Below are positions 1-20,930 of a stretch of DNA of 64,000 bases, one piece after another (the first letter of the stretch is position 1; each line of letters begins with the position of its first letter). The stretch is taken from NCBI GenBank assembly GCA_051362555.1, contig CM120641.1, positions 27,038,401 to 27,102,400 of the forward strand, read 5' to 3'. The DNA comes from Lingula anatina. Taxonomy: Eukaryota > Animalia > Brachiopoda. The translations under genes were made by a program, and so were the position numbers. The notes beneath the pieces were generated by a model. That model ran no database searches and was not told where the DNA came from. It was given only the letters and a program-made list of their open reading frames with translations.

Positions 1-400
1 GTTGAAGATGTTGTGGTTAGCAGTGATTATAGAGGAAAACAATTAGGAAAAGTGTGAGTATATTTTAAAGCTGGGTTTGTTTTAGATGTTAAATTGGACA
101 TGCCTCTTCATTTCCTTAATCATTAACTGTATCATTTATTATTATTACATGTGAAAAAAAAATGGATGACTAATCTTGGATGACTAATCTACACACTGTA
201 ATTCTTACATAGATTATTCTGTCTTATATCTTCAGCTCTAGACTTTTTTTTCCAGGCTTGTAGCAGCTTTGACTTTTCTTGGAAAACATGTTGGATGTTA
301 TAAAATGTCGTTGGAATGTACAGACGACATGGTTCCTTTTTATCAGCAGCTGGGATATATAAGAGAACAGAACTACATGCAACAGCGATTCAAGAATTAA
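1..400 (+). CDS. GNPNAT1: Glucosamine-6-phosphate N-acetyltransferase, last two exons (5' part outside the window)
   Basis: Exons <1-53 and 256-400 (GT-AG intron) give VEDVVVSSDYRGKQLGKV-LVAALTFLGKHVGCYKMSLECTDDMVPFYQQLGYIREQNYMQQRFKN*. The GNAT acetyl-CoA motif RGKQLGK and the GCYK.SLEC...FY...GY pattern are typical of GNA1. Confidence 0.92.
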
Positions 401-2931
401 AACAAGATTTTGAAATGGAACAAGTTTTTCAGAAAAATCATGGCTCAAAAATTGAATTCCTTTAGAGCACTGTTACTGGCTCCAATATGTCCCATACTTT
501 TTAAGTATGAACAGTATAAAAAATTGTGGACTACTGATTTCCTGCCTGAATTTCCATCTAGATAATGAACTAGTAAATAGTTGTTTAACCTTTGTAGAGG
601 AATTTGGAAATGGTCAGCTAGAATATTTTATATGCCATGTGTCTTTACAAGAGGAATTGATCAAAAGAGGATTCAAGTCTTAACAACGAGTATTTATTAA
701 TCTTCGGGCAGAAGGGTATGTGCCTCATCTTTGCAGCTGTTTCACTATAAAGATCTGACATCTCTTATAAAATCTTCCCATCAGTAGTTTGTGCTCATAT
801 TTTGACAAGCTGTTTAAATGTACAGAATTGTTGAATTTTTTTTTCATCATTAATACCTAAAACTAAGGTATTCCAGAATTATCTTTACTAATGCTGTCAA
901 AACCATTAAATTGAGCTTTTTATTATTATCATTATTTTTTTTTGTGTGTGTGTGTAGCCAAGGTTCAGGGTCAAGAAATATATAAATGGGCATCACGCAG
1001 CTGGTGAAACTATGGCATAATCTGTGATAAAGAACAACAATACCTATAGACTTTGATAAAAACAAGTTGAATACAACATAATTGTGTATTTTGAACAAAA
1101 TAGTTTGTGTGTGTCACATAATTGTATATTTTGTTTGAAAAGTACATTGACCAATTGCAATATGAACATTTTGCCACGAGACTTAATTAGCTTTTATACT
1201 AGAATGCGGTTTGCTTGAAGAAGCTGGTCATTTGTATCTCAAAATGGGTCCAGGGTTTTTCAATTACTTGTTTTCATATATTATAATTATACTATAATTG
1301 CTTTTGGTAGTACATGTGAAAATGGTAGATTAGGACCAGATGATTTTAAATGCCTCTGAATCAAGGAATAATTGGATGCATGAAAAATCATTTGCAGTAG
1401 CAAATTTGTAGAATTAAATAGTTTTCTAACATGATATACATGCAAGATCTGGAATGTCTCAAGAACCTGGTGTAAAGTTTATGTATCATCTTTTTGTGTT
1501 CATGTCTGTAGGTGCATGCTTAAAAATTGCTACCTAGTTTGTACTAATATTTTATGTGAAATCCTGTGAGAGGTGTGTCTGCCAAGCCTCACCATAAAAA
1601 CTCCCAAAAAAAGAAAAAGAAAAAACTGTGATTGTCCAGAAAAGTTTATCTCTAGTCATTATGCAATCCATGTATAGTTTTTACTTCATGTAATTTTAAT
1701 GTTCATATGTAATGATATCATAAATCATTAAAATCCAATGACATATGTACACTGGGTGTGAAATTCAGAGGATGCATACACACCATTTAAGTGTGTAAAT
1801 ATATCTCTATATGATTGAAGTTTCATTTATGTTTATTAAAATACAAAGACAATATCGGTGGGAAAGGTTTTAAGAATGAATGGTTATATTTATTTACTAA
1901 TGCAGTCCAAAATGTGCAGCGATTCACAATAAATATCAGGTGTATAGCTGATATAGTTTGTTGGCTTGATGTTCTGCAACATTTTTCACCATACCTGTTG
2001 ACTTTTTGAAGAAATTAATTTTTTTTCAGAAAAAACAAAACAAAAAAACAATGGTTGAAGATGAGGTCTAGTTCTTGATATGCACATTGATAATGTAAAA
2101 GTGCAAATAGAAATGAAGAATTTTATTCCATATTTTTGTTCACAAGAGAACTCCTCCATCCTTGTGACACTTAAGGCATGCTAAGTGCTTTTAAGACCTT
2201 TATTCAGCACAAATTAAAAATGAAATGAAAAATAAGACTCCTGGAATTCCAGCAACTTTCCCTTTATCATCAATTTACATCCTATCCAAGAATGTTAACA
2301 AATTGACAAATTATGAACCCATTTTCCAGTAATAATTACTAATGTTTACCATCAAAAGTAAAGTTGAGTTTCTGTCCCCGTTATGGGAGCCACTGGATAA
2401 GAAGTTTACAGAAACTAATTCTGCAAACAATTATGGATATAGCATACCTTGGTTATTGAAGTGAAAACATTCCAATCTCTAAGGAAATTGTATTTCTCCA
2501 ATATAGGTCAAAGTTCATTGTGTGGTTTTAAAGGTTTTACTTAAAAGTAAAGGTGCTGAGCTTACTGATTTGGTGAGCTTTACAATGCACACTTAAATCA
2601 GTCAAATCAATGAACTTAACAGACTTCTGTCTTGGGAGTTCAACCCCCTTGTAAATGTCTTTTCTTCTGACCATGTCTTCTTAAACACTCCAAAAAACAC
2701 TGAAAACAACGCAGACTCCCCTCTTCAAGAAATCGACAAAAAACTGGAAGCAGGTGTCATTTTTTGCTTTTTTTCTGACTTGCTAGAGTAACACCATATT
2801 TTTAAATAAAATGGATAATCTAAAACAAAGTATCAACAGTTCAAATTTGTAAATGTGCACTTTTTTGTCCATTTCTTGAAGGTTGAATCTACAAAAACAA
2901 TTTTCTGCACAGCAGTCAAATATGGCAGTAG

Positions 2932-5037
2932 TTAACTATGGTCACCCATTGAAGTTCTGTACATTTCATAAGCATGTACCTCTTTATGTTCCTTATCACA
3001 GTACACTCCAATATAGTCCAATTCTAGGCTGAAAGGTCCAGCAGTACCATCTGCTATTATTATAGAACACACTGCGACTCTTGAGAGGTCTAATGGACGT
3101 TGAATATCATTTATAATCCCAGAATTTGTGAAGAAGAACTTAGAAAAGGGGATCTGAAATTCAAAATAAAAAAGTAAAAAATGACTATTTTCTGAAAATA
3201 CGTGTTTTATTATTTATTCCAGCTAATAAGAAAAAAAAGTGCTATAATTAAGTTTGATAAAACAGCAGGAGGTTAGTAATAACGGTTTAGATTACAGTCA
3301 ATAGAAATTTAGATTTATAAGCACATATTTCCTCTAATCCTGAAGTAAATAAGAGACCATTCCCACAGATATTTAGATCGATATATCCCCCTGTCGCGTC
3401 TCACTAGATTTGTGTCAGCTTAACTTTAGTGTGTGCCAGGCTCCCGGAAGCTGACAGCAATTTAGCATGAATCCCCAGGGAGTTAGGTCTATCCAGATGG
3501 ATCGGTCTAAATCTGTGGGAACTGAGTCTAAGACCCCATTCCCAGAGATTAGATCGATCCAAACTAGATTGACCTAACTCCCTGGGGGGTTCATGCTAAA
3601 CAGCTGTCAGCCAAGCGGGCACGAAAGTTAATTACCCCCTTACAGCTTGTAGTTGGCGGGACAGACATTTAAGTCGGATTATCTGACAGTAATCTAGTGA
3701 GACTTCCCAGGGGGGATAGATCGATCTAAAATCTATGGGAATACGCCCTAAAACTATAGTTATTTATTTTCACCTTGATAGTCTGCCAATAAGGACCACC
3801 CCTTGTGTACAAGAAGAAGTTGTGCATGTCATAAAAGTTGAGGTTAAACTGTTCATCACGCCCAAGCCCAATTCCATACACTCTCCCATCGCCACGGCAA
3901 CGGATAACAAGATGTGTGTAGTCTGACCAATCAAAAGGGGCTCGTCGTCCAAAAGATTCCTAAATAGACATATACCATGGATTAAAACAGACTGCATATC
4001 AATTGCTCAATTATTCATATATTTACAAGACCCAACAGTTAAAAAAGGCTATTTCACAGATAGTCTCTTTGTCTCACATCTCAAAAATTCAAAATTATCT
4101 GGAAAAACAAATGTATCAGGCCAAAGAAAATTTAAACTCCAAGGCATGAAAGAGGCCATTCAGAATGAGATGAGCCAAGTGCTAGCTAGGCCACGACCTA
4201 AATATGGCGGACATACATGAAAGGAAGACCGCTTAATCGTGTAATGGTCTCTCCGCCTCTCATACACCTCCCCACGTGTCATTAATTCCTGCATGGGCAC
4301 AGTAATTAAATCTCAGGTCAACTCAATCGGTCAAGGGACAATGCGTGGGGAGCCGTGTGAGAGGCACAGAGACTATTACAGGATTAAACAGTCTTCCTTT
4401 CATGTAGGTCCGCCATATTTAGGTCGTGCACTTTAGGTTTAGCACTCGGCTCTTCTCATTCTGAATGGCCTCAAATTGATTTCAACAAGAATGTCTGAGA
4501 GGGTGGTTAATAAAAAAAAAATAGTCTAACCCATCTCCTCTTGTTAATTAATGAACAATATCCTGCTCTCTCTTGCAATTCTCTATTCTGAATAGTTGTT
4601 GCAAGGGTTCCTCGGAAATGTCCATGATTGTTTTTTGTTAAGACAAGTTCTGCCTCAGAAAATCCAAGATTTTCTTGCTTATCTGTGCTCAGAATCCAGT
4701 CATTAAGACTATCTTCCCCCTTAAACTTCCATACAATACGAAGATCACCATGGCGGACTTGTTGGCTGATTTCTTGGCTAATAGGCGAAAGGAGAGACAA
4801 GGGATTACTGCGTAATTTTTTTCCCCACATCTTAAGGTGTTGTGGAAAGTTTTCTAGAACTTCATCTGTAGTTGGTATGCCTACATAATAAGACGGTGGC
4901 TTTTTTTTATGATGGAGGACTGACTGCCTTTTGTATCTTTTGGAAATCACACATGTCTGAAGTCTCTGAATACCATTGGTCTTTAGTATACTGTTCCCAG
5001 AGTGTATAACAGCTGTCAGTGGACGTGCCATTAGCAT
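2932..5037 (-). CDS. NDUFAF1: Complex I intermediate-associated protein 30 (CIA30), mitochondrial complex I assembly factor, about 304 aa
   Basis: Coding exons 5037-4531, 3959-3774 and 3153-2932. Motifs: W.F...L..W...D...GFS, AGYCS, DWSDYTHLVIRCRGDGR, LYTRGGPYWQ..KIPFSKFF, GPFSLELDYIG. The N-terminus is basic like a mitochondrial presequence. Acceptor at 5050-5051; the start could be ATG 5037 or 5031. A non-coding exon 1 probably lies near 6830-6990. Confidence 0.9.
3353..3528. mobile_element. Foldback MITE, family A copy 1 (PIF/Harbinger-like)
   Basis: Imperfect TIRs gagaccattcccacaga...tctgtgggaactgagtc, flanked by TAA at 3350-52 and 3529-31. Related copies at 3532, 23411 and 61003. Confidence 0.75.
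3532..3748. mobile_element. Foldback MITE, family A copy 2, abutting copy 1 in opposite orientation
   Basis: gaccccattcccagagattagatcgatc...gatcgatctaaaatctatgggaatacgccc, flanked by TAA at 3529-31 and 3749-51. Confidence 0.75.
4152..4472. mobile_element. Long-TIR MITE, family B, in an NDUFAF1 intron
   Basis: Near-complete palindrome: gaggccattcagaatgaga...tctcattctgaatggcctc, with inner arms cacgacctaaatatggcggac / gtccgccatatttaggtcgtg. Shares its core with 57338-57636. Confidence 0.85.
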
Positions 5038-5303
5038 TGTGTATAATGCCTGCAAGTATAATATGATAAAAGTGTAAGCACTTAAGCAAGCATGGTCTTT
5101 CTTTTCCAAACAGACTGAAAATGAAAGAATACATGCACCGTCTGAAATAATCTACCAGTACAACTTACCTTCTAAAACCTTTTCACCCTACTTAGATCAT
5201 TTATTTCACACCTAGATAACCAAACTAAGATTCATGCCATAAGGATCACAGACCACATAAGTAACTCTAGTTGATGTTTACACAAAATGCCATAAATACA
5301 TCT

Positions 5304-5304
<1 letters not shown>

Positions 5305-5339
<35 letters not shown>
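5305..5339. repeat. Poly-C run
   Basis: About 35 consecutive C. Confidence 0.95.
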
Positions 5340-5815
5340 ACTGGTCATCACATCCTGATCAGGGCATCAGAAGAGAACGACATCGGTGTGATCCTTGGCA
5401 CCAAATGATCACTTGAAGCCCATGCAATGCTGTTCTGACATCCAATAGAACCATGGGATCCATAACATCGACATACCAATATGCAGACATGGTCTCTTTC
5501 AGGCAACTCAACACAGCACTTGTTAGGCCACATGTGGAGTAAGGAAATGTCTCATGGTTTCTCGATCAGAAGACCTAAACACAATTGAGAATGTACAGCA
5601 CAGAGCAACTAAACATATAACTTGCTTACATGACCTGAGCTATGAAGAGCAACAAAAAGAGTTGAAGTCACCAACATTGGTATACAGAGGCATCTGACAG
5701 TGAGGGGATATGATTGGGACCTATGGTACAAGATCCTTCACGAGGTTTATGACACTAGAATGGCATCCAAGTACATATTGAATCCTGCTCCAGATGGAAT
5801 AACCAGAGGCCATAA
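5340..5815 (+). mobile_element. Degenerate CR1-clade LINE ORF2 C-terminal fragment
   Basis: Disrupted translation retains EENDIGVI, ALVRPHVE, TIENVQHRATKHITCLHDLSYEEQQKELKSPTLVYR and TRGH. These match the CR1 pattern EKDLGV..LVRPHLEY..LE.VQRRATK.I..L..LSYEERL..L.L..L..RR..TRGH. Confidence 0.8.
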
Positions 5816-6178
5816 ATAATAATAATCATCATCATTATTTTTAGTTTTAGCATATTTTTACAAAGGCGCTTAGGCCATGACCAAACAAATATGTGAGAAG
5901 TATAATGAAATATGTAAATGTTTAGATATACTTACTAGTAATTATAAATTATGATATACAGCCATGCAGTGGAACATGATATCCTTTTTACAGAGATTGA
6001 AGTTACTGGTTGTCTGACATATTCTTTACTTTCATTAGCTTGGATATTTCCATATTCCATTTATACAAATTGCTAGTTTCAACACCCTATATAAAGGCAC
6101 AGCAAAACTACTTCGGCCTTTGAGTAGCAAAGCTCTGAAACTCACTGCCTGAATCTGAATCCACCAACTGGTGCTGGT

Positions 6179-6186
6179 CACATACA

Positions 6187-6222
<36 letters not shown>

Positions 6223-6252
6223 TATACAGTATATACAGTACATATATATATA
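6179..6252. repeat. (CATA)n/(TA)n microsatellite
   Basis: catacatacata... followed by tatata. Confidence 0.9.
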
Positions 6253-6959
6253 GTATACCAGTAATCTCATCAAATACAAATAAACCACATTGGTAATAAG
6301 TTTTATACTTTACTGTGTAATCCATGTATAAATGAATATTGTGGATAAAATTTAATGTATAAGATTCATTTTAAATATGAAATAAATCAAATCAAATCAA
6401 AGGCTTAGGCATTTAAAAGACGACTAGACAAGCACTGATGTAACCAAGTCTGAATATGACCCAGACACATGCATATTACCAGAGACATTTAACGTGTTCA
6501 ATGACCTGAGGGATATGAAAACAGTTGAAGGAAATCTGGACATAGAGGCTCCATAGGCCGCATCTAGTAATTGTTACATTTGAATACATACATGTAGAAT
6601 AATTATAAGATACAGTGTACATGTATGTAGCTACCTGTGTGTTACCTACAACTAGCTAATGGTCAACTAATGGGTGTGAAAATGGGTAAACATAAGGGCA
6701 AAAAAACTAATTATAAGAAATGGTCAAAATGTTACATGTCTCACACCGTATTACAAATGCACATTTTCACAGAACCGACCTGTCCAAGCTGGGATGCTGT
6801 AAGGTCACTGGCTGCGAAAACACATTTACTGCGGGTCTATGAACGTTACATATGTCGTCAATTGAAATTACCAAAATTAGATTTTCCAAATTATTTTGGG
6901 CCAAATAATTCTTCCATTGTTTGTTGGTGACTGTGAAGCCTATATTATTTTTATAGAAG

Positions 6960-7030
6960 AGCACACTGTGTATAATTTTGCATTTATCCCCAACATCGTC
7001 ATTACGTCATTACGTCACTTCCGCCTTCCT
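6960..7030. promoter_or_regulatory. Candidate bidirectional promoter NDUFAF1/CHP1
   Basis: cgtcATTACGTCATTACGTCActtccg at 6997-7023 gives tandem CRE/PAR-bZIP-like sites plus an ETS core. It is locally CpG-rich and lies between divergent genes. Confidence 0.55.
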
Positions 7031-7126
7031 CTGTTGATCGAGAAGTGATTATAAAAAGATTGTAAGACATGTAAAGATATACTTTTTTCATCATTTTTAT
7101 AAATTATTCACTATTTAATAGCTAAG

Positions 7127-9351
7127 ATGGGTTCCAAGGCATCAATCCTTCTTCAAGACGAAGAAGTTAGCGAAATACAAAGGGAAACTGGATGTAAGTA
7201 AAATTTTCAATGTCACCTCTGAACGGAAATCGTCTCTTTCTTAAAAACTGTTTCAGCCCTTATTATTTAGAATGTTAGACTTACATTATGTGGGTAATCT
7301 CGCGCTTGGTCGCAAAGGAATCCCCCCTCCAATGCAATAATTTTGGACAGCCTGTTTCAAAATCCTGCCTAGACCATTGCTTTCATTGTAAATTAAATGG
7401 AAAATCTTTCAATTAAAGTTTAAACATTATTTTTCAGTTTCCCACAACCAGATTGTTAGACTGTACAGCCGTTTTACAAGTCTGGATAAGACCAACAATG
7501 GTTTCCTCAGGTATAGTAATAATGATAATGATGATTACAATTTATTAAAAATTGCAGCTAAAAGGTTAAAGTTTTATAGTTTTGGTATAGTAGAATATTG
7601 AAAAGCATATGATGATTAATTAAATTATTATGTATATTTAAATTTAGATCTACATAATTTAAATACTTGAACTTAAAAGTATAATTTTCAGGTATATAAT
7701 TAACAGTAGTTAGTCTTTTTTTATAAGGGTTGGCAAGCAAATTGAACTGGAATTCATGTTTAAATGTTTACTAGTAACAGAACCAAGACAGGCATTGAGC
7801 TTTATTACTATTTTTAGTGAATTTAAATAGCAAGTGACAGCAGATGCAACAAATACCATTGTTGTATTTCTTGAACTATGGATGAGCAAAATGTGTTTAA
7901 ATAATCCTACTTTGTTTATGGATTTATATGTTTTCTTTTATAGTCGAGAAGACTTCTTGAGGATTCCAGAACTAGCCATTAATCCATTAGGTGACAGAAT
8001 AGTCCATGCATTTTTCCAGGAAAGGTTTGTAATTTTATAATATTAATATTAAAAGACACGTGATGTCCTGTAGAGGGATTAGATATCTACACTACACTTA
8101 CGCCTTTTGCCATTTTTGGATGACCTGTTGATGGGTATTTCATGCATGAAAATGATAATCTAAAAATTGCAGTGTACTTTTTATGCAGTGTTTTTATGTA
8201 TTCTTTTTTCTTAGCAATGATGACAGTGTTAACTTCCGTCAGTTCATGAGAACTCTTGCCAGGTTCCGACCAATCAAAACAAACCGCCTCAATGAATTGA
8301 ACAGTAGAGATGAGAAACTTAAATGTAAGTCGCTTGATGAATCAGGGTGTGTTGCTCTCAAGCTCATCTGTTGAAGTCATCTAAATATTAAAAAGCAGCT
8401 GTTAATGTGTTAGTATTTTAAAAAGAAAAGTGAAATTTTATACATGATGATGAAATTAAATCTGAAATCCATTACTGAGTTTGGTTAACTTGATTTTTTA
8501 GTTGCATTAAAATGTATTTACTTGTTTTTTTAGTTGCATTTAAAATGTATGATCTTGATGGAGATGACAAGATCTCAAGAGAAGAACTGCTTGCAGTGTT
8601 GCACATGATGGTTGGTGCCAACATCTCTGAGGAACAGGTAAACCAATATATATAATTATGTAATTAAGCATTTAATTGTGAAAATAAATATCTTCTGCTG
8701 TAAGATATTGAACATGAAAGATTAAAAAAAAAATTAATATGCTTATGTGAATAAGATTTGTGTATTATTACTTAATTAAGGATAACATTTGTCAACATTC
8801 TAGGTTTGTTATTGCTAGCTTTTTTATGTTTCGGATACTTATGAAAAAAATATCAAACAAAATTATCATCCCAGTAATCCAAAATTTGTACAAAATTTGT
8901 TCAGGCATATTATTGATAAGTTGAAAGTTTGAGATTTGAACTTTGTAAAATACTTTCTTTCCCCAGTTGGGCAGTATTGCAGACAGAACAATTGCTGAGG
9001 CTGATCAGGATGGAGACAGTATGATTTCATTTGAAGAGTTTGCCAAGGTGTGTAGAATGGATGTTCATGACTCTGAAATGCTGTTTATTTGACAAAAAAT
9101 CTAAGCATGAAACTGGGCACATTCTTAAATAGGCTCAGTGCCGTGCAAATATTTCATGATTAATATAATTTTGTTGTTGTTTCACTTCATTTTTTATCCA
9201 ATAAGAAACTTTATGTACAATATATCAATATGGCTAACTTGAACCACTTCAGGCTTTGTATGTTGTGATTCAGCACGTTTTTTTTTTTATGATACAGGCT
9301 ATGGAGAGAGTTGACGTTGAACAGAAGATGAGTATAAGATTCCTCCACTAG
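7127..9351 (+). CDS. CHP1: Calcineurin B homologous protein 1 (EF-hand, N-myristoylated), about 189 aa
   Basis: Exons 7127-7193, 7438-7510, 7944-8024, 8215-8324, 8534-8637, 8967-9047, 9298-9351. Sequence MGSKASILLQDEEVSEIQRETGFSHNQIVRLYSRFTSLDK...LSREDFLRIPELAINPLGDRIVHAFF...[52 protein letters not shown]...VEQKMSIRFLH*. Confidence 0.96.
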
Positions 9352-10902
9352 GTACATTTCTGCTGGACAGAATAGAACAAGATTGCACAAGATCACACAA
9401 TGACATGGAACATTTAGGTTGTCTGACTTCTGACTCAGTTATGGTCACAGTTTTGGATAAGTAAGACTGAGGTCTTGTTGAATTCAGCATTACTTAAGTT
9501 TGTTGGCGATGTGCATCAGTTTCTGTATCACTGTTTAAAAGTCATTTTGTTTAATAAGAAAGACTGTGAGAGTAATTTTCTGTTAAGAGATGGAAGCAAA
9601 CCAAGTGGCTTCAATTCCTTCAATATTAATTCAGGATGTGTTATTGTAACTGAAGTACTGCTGTTAGTTTATTACTTAAAGAAAAATAAGGGAAAATGTC
9701 ACAGATTTCTTTTGAATTCATAACACTAAGTTACATTCTATACTTTACAATTATTATGAGCTGGGGTTTTATATTAACACTGCCTTTACATAGTCTACAA
9801 GTATATTAATCAGTATTTGTTAATGGAATACTCTGCGTACAATTTTTTTCTGTCAGCTTTAAGACAATGGTGGCTTGCTTTATTTAGGGTTGATAAAGAA
9901 ACAGATCATTGATGTTAAGTTTTGCAAAGACTTGTTGCACCCTAACATTTTTTATTCACAAGAAGCATCCAACAACAGATTTAGACAAATGATGGTAAGG
10001 AATATATATTTTGGACACTTGGATTGCTTCAAGTAATGGAGAGGAGTTCTGTTGAAGGTTATATTATACTTTATAATACTCTATACACCAGATAATGTTT
10101 ACTATTGAAATTGCTTCTATTATTTTCATGAAACTAGCTTCAAAATAACCCGTTTAAATGTATGATTGCACCAAAGTTTTATTTATTTGTACTAGTTTCA
10201 AAAGTCCTAATGGGTGAAAGGATGGTGTAAATAAATATTGTTGACTAAGTTTTCTTTGTAAAAGCGTCTTTATTTTTTTATCCATTTATAATGTGAAATT
10301 TTTGAAACTATGGCTAACAAACCATCGAGTAAACTATCCTATAATCAATAATCATACCACTGGCATATAATTATTTTGACACAGAGAAGCACATTTGACA
10401 TTTCGCTACCTAATTTAATACAACACGCCATTTTAATGTCATATTTATTTAATACTATATCATAAATATTATATTCACATATACATGTGTATATGGAATT
10501 TGGCATAAAATATTTTTTTATCCAAAACAGCCATTGTCATCAACTGTGTAGAAATAGTTTAATATCATGGAATAAGCATGCTCAAATATAATTTTGCAGT
10601 GTCTCGTGCAAAGGCACCATTTCAATAGAAGCATATCAAACTATTCTGACATCAAGAAATTGTTGAATTCATAAGTCTATGCATACAATGCATAGAAAAT
10701 CTAGTGCCAACATACAGTTTCAGTGTGTGTCCCTTTCTTCTGTCTTCGTATCAGCTACAACCGTTTGGATCCTATCACATAAGGTCTTATTGAACTGCCT
10801 ATTCAGTTTCACTCTATTATTACAAAACACAGACCTCTCTTTTCAAAAGGCAAATCGTTCAAATTATTTATTTATTTTTGCACAGAAATGCTTTTCTCTG
10901 TG

Positions 10903-19586
<8,684 letters not shown>

Positions 19587-20224
19587 CTAGATATAATAAT
19601 GATTGTATTGCAACTGGTTGAGGAGATTTTTATATTCACAAAGCTTTGTGTTGATTTAAAGAATACTGCACTATTTTGTCTAAACGTACTGAGATATAGC
19701 ATTTCTACCTCACCTGCCTTCTGACTATGTTTGCTGGGGATGGTGTACTAAAATGAATAAGATTAGCACTGTCTCAATGTGCCAGATTCATTTAACTAGA
19801 ACTTGGGGTAGAACTTGGAAGAACGCGACTCACTTATGTTATTTAGACGCACATACAGTATGTCTCTGCTTAACGACCAAAAACAAAACTCAATGTTAAT
19901 ATATAAAAATGAAGGCGATTCAATAATTCTACTCGACTTCTCACTGCCTAAGATTGTCAGCTTTTGACGGTCCATTTGAGCCTGGACTGAAACTTCCCAG
20001 CCGGCTTCAGCTTCAACGCCAATCTGTCGTGAAGTGTAAAGTGCCGACGATATTGATAGAAGCCGGTAAACGAAAAGCTGCGTAATTGTAGGTTTTTAAA
20101 CAATCAAGTCTCTTTAAAATATAAACTTACCTTTATGGTTTGAAAGTGTGTTGTCTTTATACCAATTACCACACTTAAATAATATGAAAATACTACACGT
20201 AACACATTGACAGATGAAGCCACT

Positions 20225-20306
20225 AAGCGGAAGATGCCACGTCGAGTCCCACAATGCAATGGAATGTGACGTCAGCGGAAGGGAATTCCCTCTCCATTGA
20301 CCTTTG
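20225..20306. promoter_or_regulatory. Candidate bidirectional promoter SEC23/selenoprotein L
   Basis: GCGGAAG (ETS) twice; TGCCACGT 20235-42 (CREB3/CrebA/XBP1-type); TCCCACAATGCA 20247-58 (ZNF143/Staf-like); TGACGTCA 20267-74 (CRE); GGGAATTCCC 20281-90 (kB palindrome). Minus-strand donors at 20130 and 19833 and a plus-strand donor at 20598 flank the cluster. Confidence 0.65.
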
Positions 20307-20930
20307 TCATGTTTCAAAACATTACAACGTGTTAATTACAGCGAGAATCTAAACACGTTGATATGTAGGGTGAGTAAAATAAGTTAAATAAAAGTAACAA
20401 TAATCACAATAATAAGTAAACAGATATCAAACTGATAATCTGCATACAAAATGAAATAATAGATGATTTGTGAATGTGAAATGACAAATTGTGCTGGATA
20501 TGGCAGTGAGCAATTCAAATTGGAGGACCTTGGAGGGGAGGAGCAGGTCACAGATTGATATTAATTTCGTGATTATAAGAATGCGATTTCTGTCGAAGTA
20601 AGCCCTAAAATATTAATATCATAATTACCCCTTCCTCTTTTACAAGCATTTTACAAATGCCAATTTTTGTAAACAAACTAGTAGAAGTCAGTTTCTTAAA
20701 ATTTATTTGAAAATCATTTTTTAAAAACATACTCTGTGCATCTATACATCTCTTATCTTGTACTAAAGTAAATGTGAAAATCATTTTAAAAAATCGCTTG
20801 CTACACTGTAACAGTATATAATTAATCAGACTACTAGTACTTACATGTATATTGCCCCAGTACATATTCAGATTCCAGTGAAAAAAATTGAATTGGTAAT
20901 TATTGTGATTTAGAAAGAGTACTGTATGAT

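Noticed and set aside
20481-20597. Upstream ATGs as the SelL start
   Set aside because: The frame from 20481 hits a stop. The frame from 20500 splices out of phase with the 20931 ATG at donor 20598. Treated as 5' UTR or uORFs.
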